From: a virus
Lineage: Duplodnaviria > Caudoviricetes
IMG/VR virus record: IMGVR_UViG_3300012041_000002
Location: 1-64,000 of that record
Direction: 5' to 3' (one strand)
DNA length: 64,000 nt
Shown here: piece after piece, positions 42,336 through 52,021 of the stretch
Layout of the letters: the number at the start of each line of letters is the position of its first letter
Position numbering within the stretch: position 1 is the stretch's first letter
Made by a program: the position numbers and the translations under genes
The notes under the pieces: model-generated
Told to the model about the DNA's origin: nothing
Database searches by the model: none
Seen by the model: only the letters and a program-made list of their open reading frames with translations

Positions 42336-44345
42336 ATGTCCTACCCTAAAATAGACGCCTCCGAATACAGCAGCCTGTTAGAGCGTGTATATACGCAGAT
42401 ACAGATAATGGTTGAGGACGGCAACCCGGTTGACATTGTTACGTTCATCGAGAGCAAGGAGTACCTGGGGCAAACCCTGTACCCGCGCCAGCGCTTACTA
42501 CTCAAAATTTATTATAAATTAGATTTATCTTCGTACCCCTGCTGGTGTCTACGCGAGAGTAAAGAGAACATCGGCAACCCCGATTGCAACCTGTGCGCAG
42601 GTTCCGGCCTCTACGATGAGTTGTCGGACGTCAAGCATCTTCTATCCTGCAAAAATAAATATGCCAAGCTGCACTTCCCGCTACTCTGCCGGCACCATGT
42701 TCTCGGCGAGTGTACCAACGAAAAGTGCCATCTGGTTAAGTATTCTCACGACTATAGAATCCTCCCCGACGACGAACTACGCCAACGGCTACAGAACCAC
42801 CACGCCCATATTTTCCTCGGCATAGCCGGGAGGCGTGGTTCCAAATCGGCCCTCGGCGCCTTTATCAACGCTTACGAGCAGTATATGCTCAACCGCGACG
42901 CCAACCCACAGCTAACCTGGGGGCTGCTCCCCGGACAGGCGATTGGTACCGGCAACGTAGCTGCCGACGAGCAGCAGGCGTTGATACTCTTCAAGCAGTT
43001 CAAAGCCATACTCGACAACTCCCCCTGGTTTCAGAAGATACGCTACCGAGCGCTGGAAACAGTCGTAGAGTTTCCTGGGCGCTCTCTGTACGCCCGTTCC
43101 ATGCACTCCAACTCCTCCTCGGTGCGTGGACAAACCCTCAAAGCCATCTTTCTGGATGAGTTCTGCCACTTCAACCGCACAGGCGGCAAGCTGTCGGACA
43201 AGGCCATGTGGGCGGCTCTCGCCCCGTCTGTCATAACCTTCAAGGGGCTCGCCCGTATTGTAGTGTTCTCCTCCCCCCTCAACAAGGCCGGGCAGGCTTA
43301 CGAGCTATTCGAGCTGGCCGAGAAGGGCGAGGCTTTACATGTTATAGCCGTCCAGCTGGCTACGTGGGAGATGAACCCCACAGTTACGCAGGACAACCCA
43401 GAAATCGTATCCGCTCGAATGCTTTCTCCAGAATATGCGGAGATGGAATACGGTGCCCAGTGGGCCGAATCCGCAGGGCAGTTCATACCCGAAGAGGCCA
43501 TCGTGGCCTGCGTCGACAAGAATGGCCGAGGCGCCAACACCTTCGGCCTGCCGGACGTCAAGTATCAGCTACACCTAGACTTATCCAAGAGGCGCGACAG
43601 AACCGGCCTGGTGGTTACCCACTGGGACAGGGAACGCAGGAAAGTCGTGGTTGACTTGGTAGTGGAATTTGACCCGCAAAAAGGCCCGGACTTCGGACAC
43701 AACGGCGATGTTGTAAATGAGTTAGGAGAGATAGACGTTGAGAAGCTGTTCGAGTATGTGCGAAATCTGCACACGCTACACAAATTCCACTTCAACTCCA
43801 TCACCTGCGACCAGTTCAATTCAGTATGGCTGGTGCAGGCACTACGTAAGCACTTCGGCGACGTCAAGGGAGACTGGGTTGGGGAACTCCACATCACAGA
43901 TAAGCTCAACCGCGAAGCCTTTGGAAATCTACGTTCCATCATCGTCCAAGGCGGCCTCGACTTATACCGCCACCACGAACTTATCTCCCAACTTACCCTT
44001 CTCGCCCAGATAATAAAAGACTCCGGCGCATGGAAGGTTGAAGCCCCTCCCGGCTACCATGACGATTTGGCCGACTCCCTGGCTTTCGCTGTGCTGCGCT
44101 GCCTGCAACTATCTCTCGGCATAACCTCTGGCATAGTGCTGATAGATATGCCCAAAGAGGAAAAACCGGAAGCCCCCATACCAGAAGAGAATGTATACGA
44201 CGAGCGCAAGCGCATCGTACCACAAGAATTATTCGAGGCCGGTGTGCGCCACTCCCAGGATTGCCGCCCAGACTCGTGTGTTTATAACTGCCCCGTATTA
44301 CAAGCCCACATGCGAGCCCATAGGCACAGTCCTGCGGGCCCATAG
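42336..44345 (+). CDS. terL: terminase large subunit
   Basis: LYPRQ; AGRRGSKS (Walker A-like); FLDEF; FSSP; C-terminal nuclease HLDLS..RDRT, HDDLADSLA. Confidence 0.92.
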   Translation: MSYPKIDASEYSSLLERVYTQIQIMVEDGNPVDIVTFIESKEYLGQTLYPRQRLLLKIYYKLDLSSYPCWCLRESKENIGNPDCNLCAGSGLYDELSDVKHLLSCKNKYAKLHFPLLCRHHVLGECTNEKCHLVKYSHDYRILPDDELRQRLQNHHAHIFLGIAGRRGSKSALGAFINAYEQYMLNRDANPQLTWGLLPGQAIGTGNVAADEQQALILFKQFKAILDNSPWFQKIRYRALETVVEFPGRSLYARSMHSNSSSVRGQTLKAIFLDEFCHFNRTGGKLSDKAMWAALAPSVITFKGLARIVVFSSPLNKAGQAYELFELAEKGEALHVIAVQLATWEMNPTVTQDNPEIVSARMLSPEYAEMEYGAQWAESAGQFIPEEAIVACVDKNGRGANTFGLPDVKYQLHLDLSKRRDRTGLVVTHWDRERRKVVVDLVVEFDPQKGPDFGHNGDVVNELGEIDVEKLFEYVRNLHTLHKFHFNSITCDQFNSVWLVQALRKHFGDVKGDWVGELHITDKLNREAFGNLRSIIVQGGLDLYRHHELISQLTLLAQIIKDSGAWKVEAPPGYHDDLADSLAFAVLRCLQLSLGITSGIVLIDMPKEEKPEAPIPEENVYDERKRIVPQELFEAGVRHSQDCRPDSCVYNCPVLQAHMRAHRHSPAGP

Positions 44346-44368
44346 CGCTCACCGGAGAAATTTGAAAC

Positions 44369-46555
44369 ATGCCAACGAACTCGATTGACATGATAGTTGA
44401 GGATTCCGCCAAATACTATCAAGACATCTCCGGCTTATTCCTACCCAAATTCAAAGCCCAGGAGTCCAACTCCAAGGCGATAGCTGTCAACCACGCGGCC
44501 ATGCCGCTGACGTTTGAGCAGCACGTCCGTGCCCAGGTGGAACAGTCTCGACGCAGATATTTTATTTTCCACGAGCTGTACCGCCAGCACGTTTGGACTC
44601 GTGCCGTGGTTGACTATATTGTTCGCCGCGGCAACAAAGGCCAGGACAGGCTGGTGGATGAGGCCGACCCGCTCAACCCGGACATCGCAAAGATAAAGAA
44701 GTTCTTCAAAACCTGCCACAGACTAAAAAGTTTCAAGCAACTCAAAGCCTCCGCCATGCGCGACGTGCTGGTTCAGGGACAGGCGTACTGGTTCATCGAG
44801 AAGAATGGCAAGGGGGAACCCATAGCCCTCCACGAGATGGACGCCAGGATTTCCTTCCCCATTACCGACTTGCACGGCATGGTTATCGCCCACGTACAGG
44901 TGTACAACGGGCAGGTAGTGCTGTTCGACACCTCTGAGGTAATCTACTTCTTCACCTCGAACAACGGCTCCCTGCCTAACTCCATCTCTCCGCTGGAATC
45001 TCTGGTAAATCCCATCGCCGCCGAGCTGAACGCTCACCTGTACAACGCGATGCTGTTCGAGAACAACCTCAACATAGGTGCGGTATTCTCCATACCGGAC
45101 GCAACCGACGAGCAGATTGAGTCCAACAAGGAATACCTCCGCGACCAGTATTCCACCCCCGCAAACGCCCACCGGCCTCTCATACTGAAAGGCGACGCCA
45201 AGTTGCTCCGTGACGGGGCACTGGCCCTCAAAGACATCAACTTTACGGAGATGATTGCACTCACGCGCCACTCCGTGTGCGCTGTGTACGGCATCCCGGA
45301 ATCGTTGGTAGGTATCTCTACCAGTGTCAATCGTTCAGAAGGCGACAACAATGAGTACGACGCCTACGTAAACACCATCCTTCCTCTTCGGGAAGATAGG
45401 AATGAGCAGATAAGCTCCCAGCTTATCCAGTCACCTGAGAACTTCAACTCCCAGGACGTGTGCCTGGAAGTGCCTCTGTCGAGCAAGTTACCCACTCCAC
45501 AGCATCTAAAAGCCGTATCCTCGGCAGCTGACTTGGGTGTGTACACCTTCAACGAGATGCGCGAGATGTCAGAAGCCGAGCCTGTGCCGAACGGTGATGT
45601 GCATGTAATGAAGATACCCGGTGCGGGTGGGTTTATCCGCCCGGACTTGACGGCTCTTCCAGGGCTTGGTGACCCGCATTGGGATATGGAAGCCTACCAA
45701 CTGGAGCACCTGGCCGAAACCCAGATGCAGAAGGAAGCCTCAGACGAGGCTGCTATGCAAGGCATACAGCTACAGGCACCACAGCCCGACACCCCCTACA
45801 TACCACCACGCCCACAGGAACGAATCCAGCAAGAGCACATCGCCTCTCGGATAGTAAATGTAGCCCGCGCAAAGGAAGTAGATAAAGGAGTGAGGGATGG
45901 GGAGGCTGGTGGCAACTTTGTCTACCGCCGAACCCCCATGCTGCCCGGCACTCGTGGTGGGAAACCCTACGTAACCAGTACCGGCAGGACACGCTATGGC
46001 CCTCCACCGAAGGGCAAGCAAGCCCCGATAAACGCCCCCGACGGCTCACCAAATGCTAACACCCTCACCAACCCACGCGACCCGAACTCCCCCAAGCGAC
46101 TAACCCCCGAGGAGAAGCTGGGTGTACACGCGGCTCAGGCGCAGGTGCAGTTCACCCTGCGCAAGGCCCAGCAAGAGAACTGGGACGACGAGCAGTTTAT
46201 AAGTGAGTTAGAGAGCCACGGGTGGCAACCCGCTTCGGGCACGCAGGAATCGTTCTACGACTCCCACGACGCCCTGGCCGAGGCCCGGCGCCTGGCCGAG
46301 CTATATTCAGACAAGGTATACACCCTGTTAGGTGCCGACGGCACCTACTTTATTCTGGAAAACGACTTATCCTCGTTTGTATCCAAAGGGCAGGAAAAAA
46401 TCAAAGAAGGCAATTCCAAGCCAGCAAAACCCCCAGTCAAATCCCCGTCCCTCAGTGTGGCACGTTCTGCCCTGAAACCTCCCCCACCCTCACCCCTTAA
46501 TCTTGACTGGCTAACCAGGATGAGACTTTTCGTAGAAGGAGATAACTATGGGTAA
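44369..46555 (+). CDS. portal protein with long C-terminal extension
   Basis: LVQGQAYWFIE; SPLE.L..I..EL; VCAVYGIP..LVG; T.NEMRE...EPVPNGD. Confidence 0.88.
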   Translation: MPTNSIDMIVEDSAKYYQDISGLFLPKFKAQESNSKAIAVNHAAMPLTFEQHVRAQVEQSRRRYFIFHELYRQHVWTRAVVDYIVRRGNKGQDRLVDEADPLNPDIAKIKKFFKTCHRLKSFKQLKASAMRDVLVQGQAYWFIEKNGKGEPIALHEMDARISFPITDLHGMVIAHVQVYNGQVVLFDTSEVIYFFTSNNGSLPNSISPLESLVNPIAAELNAHLYNAMLFENNLNIGAVFSIPDATDEQIESNKEYLRDQYSTPANAHRPLILKGDAKLLRDGALALKDINFTEMIALTRHSVCAVYGIPESLVGISTSVNRSEGDNNEYDAYVNTILPLREDRNEQISSQLIQSPENFNSQDVCLEVPLSSKLPTPQHLKAVSSAADLGVYTFNEMREMSEAEPVPNGDVHVMKIPGAGGFIRPDLTALPGLGDPHWDMEAYQLEHLAETQMQKEASDEAAMQGIQLQAPQPDTPYIPPRPQERIQQEHIASRIVNVARAKEVDKGVRDGEAGGNFVYRRTPMLPGTRGGKPYVTSTGRTRYGPPPKGKQAPINAPDGSPNANTLTNPRDPNSPKRLTPEEKLGVHAAQAQVQFTLRKAQQENWDDEQFISELESHGWQPASGTQESFYDSHDALAEARRLAELYSDKVYTLLGADGTYFILENDLSSFVSKGQEKIKEGNSKPAKPPVKSPSLSVARSALKPPPPSPLNLDWLTRMRLFVEGDNYG

Positions 46556-48098
46556 ACCTGCCAGGGCACCTGGCGAGTTCAAGTTCGTAATTCCTCTCGA
46601 CGGTACGTATGTTGTTCGTTCAGAGGTAGGAGCCACCGGCGCTGAACGCAGGTGGCTTGTTTTGCGGGGGTGGGCAAGCGACGCAGGTGTAGACAAATGG
46701 GACGGGCAGATGGCCCCCGAGTGTGTAGTGGGCATGGTGCGTGCCGTAAATGAACGTTCAAATACCGCTACACCGGTGTTTGAGAATGAACGCAAAGCTA
46801 ATAGCGCTACTATCCGAGGCCCGGTTGGGGTGGACATCGACCATTCCAATATATGGAACCACCAGATAGGATACGTGACTAGAGCTGCCGTCCTCAACGA
46901 GTCAGACATCCCCAAAGAATTACACGGAAAAGTTACTCCTCCCGTTATGGAAGTGGAGTTGGAAGTGGACTTGGGGTATTCCTCCGGGCGTGACATACAA
47001 CACGCCATAGACACCGGGCGCAAACTGGGGCTATCCGTGTACGGTGAAATCAAACAAGGCAAGAGGGTTCTGCGTTCCAACCCAGACGGTACCACGAAAT
47101 CTATTCAATATTTTCAGAATGTCGATTTGCACAAGATTGCGGTAACTACCCAGCCAATCAACAACGCCACCTGGGTGGAAGTTGTGCGGCGCTCAATGTC
47201 AGGAGATTATTTAGACGATATGGAAACTGAGGAAATTATCGAAGAGGAAGCAGCCGAAGAGGTTGCCGCCCCTCCAGAAGAAACGCCCGTTGCTGATGAG
47301 ATTGCGGCCCCGGTTGAGGGCAATTTGCCGGAAGCAGTCGCCAGTGATGAGCCGCCCCTGTTCCTTTCCGAGGACAACCACGAAGCTGTTTCAGCACCTT
47401 TGGACGTGGAGACACCTGAACCTGCACCGGAAGTTGTGCTGGAGCCCGAAACGGTTCCCGATACAGCCGTCCCGGAGCCTGTGGAGGTTACCCTGCCAGA
47501 GCCTGTGGAACCAGCCGAGGTGGTAGCCCGAGCCGAGTCGGAACCGGAAACGCCAGCCGAAGAGCAGCCCGCAGAAGGGCAGTGGCTTATGCGTGCCGAG
47601 TACGACAGCAACATGAACGAGTTGCGCGAGATACTCAGGCCCATGCCTGATTTCGTCGCCCGAGCCGAAGAAGTATTCGGACTTGTAAATACCCTAAACT
47701 CACTGACGCAGAGCCAGGCCACTCTAATAGAGTCGCAGGCTTCTACTATCAATGAGTTGTCCTCACGTATCGAGGTACTAGAAAATCGTCGCAGTGGCTC
47801 CCGCACCCTTACTGTAAACGGGGCTGTCGGTGAGCTTGTGATGCGTTCTGAGGCCGAGATTGAGGCTATAAGAGTAGCGGAACTTGAGCGTAAAGCAGCC
47901 ATGATTGACGCGGTTGCTCGTGGGGATTATCGAGAGGTTGAGAACAATGTGTTTGGCAGGTTTATGAACCTACCTTCCCCCGCATCCAACCCCTACCCCA
48001 ACGCAGTTTCCTCTTCTCTGGAGACAGCTTCTCCCGTAAAAGCTACAGACGCTAGTGCTGAAACCGCCGCTGAACCGGCGGCCACCCCAACCGAATAA
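46548..48098 (+). CDS. prohead protease fused to acidic Pro/Glu-rich scaffold region
   Basis: L.GWASD.GVDK.D.QM; DIDH; GLSVYG; L.KIAVT.QP.N; position between portal and capsid. Confidence 0.8.
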   Translation: MGKPARAPGEFKFVIPLDGTYVVRSEVGATGAERRWLVLRGWASDAGVDKWDGQMAPECVVGMVRAVNERSNTATPVFENERKANSATIRGPVGVDIDHSNIWNHQIGYVTRAAVLNESDIPKELHGKVTPPVMEVELEVDLGYSSGRDIQHAIDTGRKLGLSVYGEIKQGKRVLRSNPDGTTKSIQYFQNVDLHKIAVTTQPINNATWVEVVRRSMSGDYLDDMETEEIIEEEAAEEVAAPPEETPVADEIAAPVEGNLPEAVASDEPPLFLSEDNHEAVSAPLDVETPEPAPEVVLEPETVPDTAVPEPVEVTLPEPVEPAEVVARAESEPETPAEEQPAEGQWLMRAEYDSNMNELREILRPMPDFVARAEEVFGLVNTLNSLTQSQATLIESQASTINELSSRIEVLENRRSGSRTLTVNGAVGELVMRSEAEIEAIRVAELERKAAMIDAVARGDYREVENNVFGRFMNLPSPASNPYPNAVSSSLETASPVKATDASAETAAEPAATPTE

Positions 48099-48158
48099 AC
48101 CCCCGGCCCGAGAGGGCCATTTTTATTCCCCAAATTTATCCCCTAAACGGAGAACAAA

Positions 48159-49298
48159 GTGACTCTACCCTTGAGTGGTAATTATATTGAGCGCAGGGAT
48201 GATGAGCCGTACTTCAATACGGTTGCCCGCGCCATTACCTCTCCCATGACTACTGCCGCGTATGTCGATAGCGCTACTACCGACTACCACCGGCTAGATG
48301 TGTCTGAGGTAATGCTTGTGTGCGCCAATGAGGTTATTCCTCTGGTGCAGACATTTTCCCGCCGCGAAGATGCCGCGGCTACCAAGCACGAATGGTTTGA
48401 GCAGTACATCCCTGACGATGCCGGCACAGTGTTCCTTGCGGAAACAGCTGACCCGGCTGCGCAGGTTGCTACTGTGCCTACGCGCTTTAGTAACACAATG
48501 GCGAAGATGGGCCGCCTGTTCATCATGTCAGATGAGGCCCAGGTAATCGCACAGGCCCGCGGCCTTCATGCTGTGGGTGTGGACGAGTTTGCTCGCCAGA
48601 TGTCCATTCAGACGCGCCAGCTTGTGCGCGATACTGAGAAAGCCCTTATCGAAGCTGTTGAAAGCACCAGTTCCCCTCGCGGTTTCCGCGGCATTCTGGG
48701 TGCCTATAAGCCTTCGGCTGGTGCTACCCTCAACGGCTGGATTGGTGGCGTGGTAACTGCTACCACGCTTGACTTGGGTGGCGACAAGATTGTTGCCAGC
48801 GGCGCAACTTCCGGCCAGCGCAACGTCGAAGATGTGCTGAACCAGTTCATGCTCCAGCTGTACCTGCTCTTCGCAGGCCCCATGCCCAACACCCTCTATG
48901 TGCCCCCGCGTTTCCTGAAAATCATGCAGGACGCCGCTTCGGCCAAGATTCAAATCAACCTGTCTCAGGACGATTTGGCTAGGCAGATAAAGTACAACCT
49001 GGGTGGCGCAACCGGCAAGTTCTACACGAACTTTGGCCTTATGAATGTGGTAGCCCACCCGAGGCTGCTCGGCGCTACCGCCACCCCTGGTTCAGGCGAT
49101 AACGTGCCTGCTGCTTCCCGGTTGCTTGCGCTGGAGACTAACTCTTTCAGCATTATCGACTATGTGAACAACGGCGGCTTCCGTGTGGAGCAGCGTGCCA
49201 AGACTGGCCCCACCGACACACGCCTCATCTCCCAGTACCTCACTCTGGAAGTGCGGAACCTGAACAGCCACGGCTGTATCAAGAACTTCTGGTTCTAA
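48159..49298 (+). CDS. major capsid protein (SU10/DUF5309-like HK97 fold)
   Basis: TKHEWFEQ; FSNT..KM.R...SD.AQ; RD.EKALI; EYTLEVRN-like end; synteny. Confidence 0.85.
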   Translation: MTLPLSGNYIERRDDEPYFNTVARAITSPMTTAAYVDSATTDYHRLDVSEVMLVCANEVIPLVQTFSRREDAAATKHEWFEQYIPDDAGTVFLAETADPAAQVATVPTRFSNTMAKMGRLFIMSDEAQVIAQARGLHAVGVDEFARQMSIQTRQLVRDTEKALIEAVESTSSPRGFRGILGAYKPSAGATLNGWIGGVVTATTLDLGGDKIVASGATSGQRNVEDVLNQFMLQLYLLFAGPMPNTLYVPPRFLKIMQDAASAKIQINLSQDDLARQIKYNLGGATGKFYTNFGLMNVVAHPRLLGATATPGSGDNVPAASRLLALETNSFSIIDYVNNGGFRVEQRAKTGPTDTRLISQYLTLEVRNLNSHGCIKNFWF

Positions 49299-49306
49299 AA
49301 ATCTTT

Positions 49307-49330
49307 GGGGGTGGGTGAAAACCCACCCCC
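49307..49330 (+). repeat. GGGGGTGGGT-GAAA-ACCCACCCCC hairpin (copy 2 of 3)
   Basis: directly after capsid stop; no U-tract. Confidence 0.75.
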
Positions 49331-49349
49331 ATTCCCAAATGGAGAAAAC

Positions 49350-49646
49350 ATGAAATTTGTAAAACTTTCCCTCGAAGAGGGTACTTACCCCCTGGCTGAT
49401 GGTAGTTTTCTAACAACCTCCGGCAATGGTGTTCTGGTATCCGAGGATTTGGTTGACAGTCTACTGGCCGCGGGAGCTGAACTTGTGGAAGAGATAGAAG
49501 TAGAGGATACCCTCTCCTATCCCACAGGCCCCACTGCCGGCCCTCTGGCGAAGAAAGCCAAGGAACCTAAGAAGTCCCACAAAGAGGATAAAGAGCCCCC
49601 CACTCTGACGTCCGATATGTTCATCGATGGAGCCCCACCCGCGTAA
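49350..49646 (+). CDS. hypothetical virion protein
   Basis: GGAG RBS; follows capsid. Confidence 0.65.
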   Translation: MKFVKLSLEEGTYPLADGSFLTTSGNGVLVSEDLVDSLLAAGAELVEEIEVEDTLSYPTGPTAGPLAKKAKEPKKSHKEDKEPPTLTSDMFIDGAPPA

Positions 49647-49655
49647 GGAGGCACT

Positions 49656-50237
49656 GTGGCTAACTATTGCTCCCCGCAGGATGTCACGGATATGCAGTCC
49701 GGCGCCAACATAGTTGTGAAAGACTGGTGGTTGGATGCTATTGACAGGCTAATGGAGCGCTACACTTCGCAGGGTTACAAGGGTGCTGAACGTATCTTTG
49801 AGTATACCGGTGACAGTAATAACCGTATGCGCCTTCCCTCCATTCCAGACGAAGTTACGGAAGTAACGGAGGATGATGAGGTTCTGGACGATTCGGAGTA
49901 TTACATTAGCAACAAGAAGTATCTCTGTCGTAACCAGTCCTTTCTCAGCACCGGAAGGTGGCTGAAAGGTGTGCGTTACAAGGTGACTTACACGGAGCCG
50001 GACTTTGAAGCTGACGCAGAGCTGCTGCCCGATGAGTGGCGCCTGTGCGCTGCTGAGTGTGTTTCGATAGTTGTTTCCTGGGCCAAGAAGCGCAAGCAGT
50101 TTGGTTCAGCCCTCACCGCTACAGAATCCGGCGACGCCGGCAAGGTAGCCTCCAGTACCTCATTCTCTTTCCCCTCATCTGTGGGAGAGGAACTCAAACG
50201 CACAATTCAAAATTTACTGCGCAGAGACTCATTCTAG
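49656..50237 (+). CDS. head-tail connector/adaptor (putative)
   Basis: MANYCS.QDV pattern; synteny. Confidence 0.65.
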   Translation: MANYCSPQDVTDMQSGANIVVKDWWLDAIDRLMERYTSQGYKGAERIFEYTGDSNNRMRLPSIPDEVTEVTEDDEVLDDSEYYISNKKYLCRNQSFLSTGRWLKGVRYKVTYTEPDFEADAELLPDEWRLCAAECVSIVVSWAKKRKQFGSALTATESGDAGKVASSTSFSFPSSVGEELKRTIQNLLRRDSF

Positions 50238-50247
50238 GAGAAGGAAT

Positions 50248-50775
50248 ATGCCGATTATGTCGGGCGTAACGATGAACGCTGTGAAGCTCGCCCTCGCTTT
50301 GGAACGTTCATTGAAAGCCAATATCCCGGCCCTCGTAGACGAGATAAATGCGTTTGTGGATGCGGATGCGCCTGAACTACAGGACTACCCGCTTATTTAC
50401 CCTGTGACTATCGAACTTGGTATCACCAACCGGCTCATCAAGAAAGGCGCTGACGAACTGCCCGCCATTGCGTGCGGGGTGTATTCTCGTGAGCCCGATG
50501 AGGAATACGAGCAGGGTAACATCTCGACGGTACTCTATCCTTACATGATAGAGGTGTATATAGCAGACGCCAACGACAAAGCCTGTTACATCAGGAGCCT
50601 CAAATGGCACGCAGTTCTCGACGCCTTTGTAGAGAGATATTGCCAGAACCTTGTGTATGGCTTCCTTACTGCGGAGTCTGCTACAACTGACATAACTTTT
50701 GCCCTCGAAAAATCCTCGGAAGAAATCTTCAAGCAGGTAATTGCTGCGGTAGGCGTATGGAAAGGCCCTGAGTAA
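50248..50775 (+). CDS. neck/tail terminator protein (putative)
   Basis: synteny; 175 aa. Confidence 0.5.
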   Translation: MPIMSGVTMNAVKLALALERSLKANIPALVDEINAFVDADAPELQDYPLIYPVTIELGITNRLIKKGADELPAIACGVYSREPDEEYEQGNISTVLYPYMIEVYIADANDKACYIRSLKWHAVLDAFVERYCQNLVYGFLTAESATTDITFALEKSSEEIFKQVIAAVGVWKGPE

Positions 50776-51764
50776 TGGCCGGAGATTTGGATTTCGGTTT
50801 CCGTGTTGGCAGAGGTACTTTCGATGTACGTTTCACAACTCTGAACGCAAGGCTACGTTCCATGACTCCCGGCTCGATTGACGCCGAGGGGGAGAAGATA
50901 GTAGCCGCCGAGTTTCGCCGATTGCGCAAGTTGGTTGAGGAAACCCTCAAAGCGTATGCCCCGGTTGGCCCTGAACCTATCACTGTGCAGTTTGCCAACG
51001 GCACTTCCAAAACATTCTTCGAAGGCCCGCACCTGCGGGACACTATCGAGGCAAGAGTGGTTAGGAATGTGCTCGAAGCACGTATGGCCTGGTGGGGATT
51101 TGTCACCACCGAAGGCCGAGGCGCTCTACCCGATAGAGGCCGCGACGAGAATGGCCGACGCAAGACTTACCCGGTTTGGGTACCTGGCCGAGGCTTGGAG
51201 TTTCACCCAATAGTAGGCCCGGCTACCACACACTCCGACGGTGGATTATCCGCCAGGGAGCGTATGGACTGGCTGAAACGCGCCAACAATGAGTTGTTCA
51301 ACGGTGGCGTGGTGGAAGTTACTGCCACAATAATCGCCGAACGTATCGCGGATATGTTGGCCCTGTCAGGTTCTGGGTATGACTCCCTGACGTCCCGAAA
51401 GTTAGCCCGCCCCGCTCAGGGGATGCGTGCAAAGCAGAAGGCGCTCGTCAAGAGACAGAAATCCCAGGCCAGGTATCGTGCAAGACGACGCAGGCTGGGC
51501 CCTGGGGCTACTACCCCAAGACGTATCAAGGCCGAGGCAACTCGCCGGAAAAAGTTGAGCACAAGGCCCGAGCTGGAAGCAGAGGACGTTAGGGGTGGGG
51601 TGTACCGCCTTACCGCTAAAGCCACACGTAGGGCTCATGGGCTACATCGCCCTGCCCGAAGATATGGCACGTTGCTGCGCCAAATGATGCGAGAAAGACG
51701 ACAGTATTTTAGCAGACTTATGGAAGAGCTGCCGGAGCCAAACTATAACGTGTTTGAGGACTAA
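50775..51764 (+). CDS. neck/tail completion protein (HK97 gp10-like N-terminus) with Arg/Lys-rich C-terminus
   Basis: LKAYAPV...GPHLRDTI; basic tail. Confidence 0.5.
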   Translation: MAGDLDFGFRVGRGTFDVRFTTLNARLRSMTPGSIDAEGEKIVAAEFRRLRKLVEETLKAYAPVGPEPITVQFANGTSKTFFEGPHLRDTIEARVVRNVLEARMAWWGFVTTEGRGALPDRGRDENGRRKTYPVWVPGRGLEFHPIVGPATTHSDGGLSARERMDWLKRANNELFNGGVVEVTATIIAERIADMLALSGSGYDSLTSRKLARPAQGMRAKQKALVKRQKSQARYRARRRRLGPGATTPRRIKAEATRRKKLSTRPELEAEDVRGGVYRLTAKATRRAHGLHRPARRYGTLLRQMMRERRQYFSRLMEELPEPNYNVFED

Positions 51765-51766
51765 AC

Positions 51767-52021
51767 ATGCCAAAAGAAAAAGAATTTCAGGATTTGCCTG
51801 AACTCACCCCCAAACCAGACAGCCCCGCGAAGAGCGAGGCTGCTCCATTTAAGGGCTTTGCCCTCGTCCTCATCGAGGGCGCCAGTGCCAATCTAGTCTT
51901 TCCCCTGTCAGGCGGAGAGTACCTGCTCAAACCGGGGGAGTATCTGCCTCTGCCAGAGGCTGACATTGAGCAACTCGTGTCCCTTTATCCCCAATATTTC
52001 GCAAAGGAGCTATTTAGCTAA
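51767..52021 (+). CDS. small hypothetical virion protein
   Basis: synteny. Confidence 0.6.
   Translation: MPKEKEFQDLPELTPKPDSPAKSEAAPFKGFALVLIEGASANLVFPLSGGEYLLKPGEYLPLPEADIEQLVSLYPQYFAKELFS

Noticed and set aside
42336-44345. Intein in terminase or polymerase
   Set aside because: No C/S-start...HN-C/S/T junctions or LAGLIDADG motifs in the insertions.
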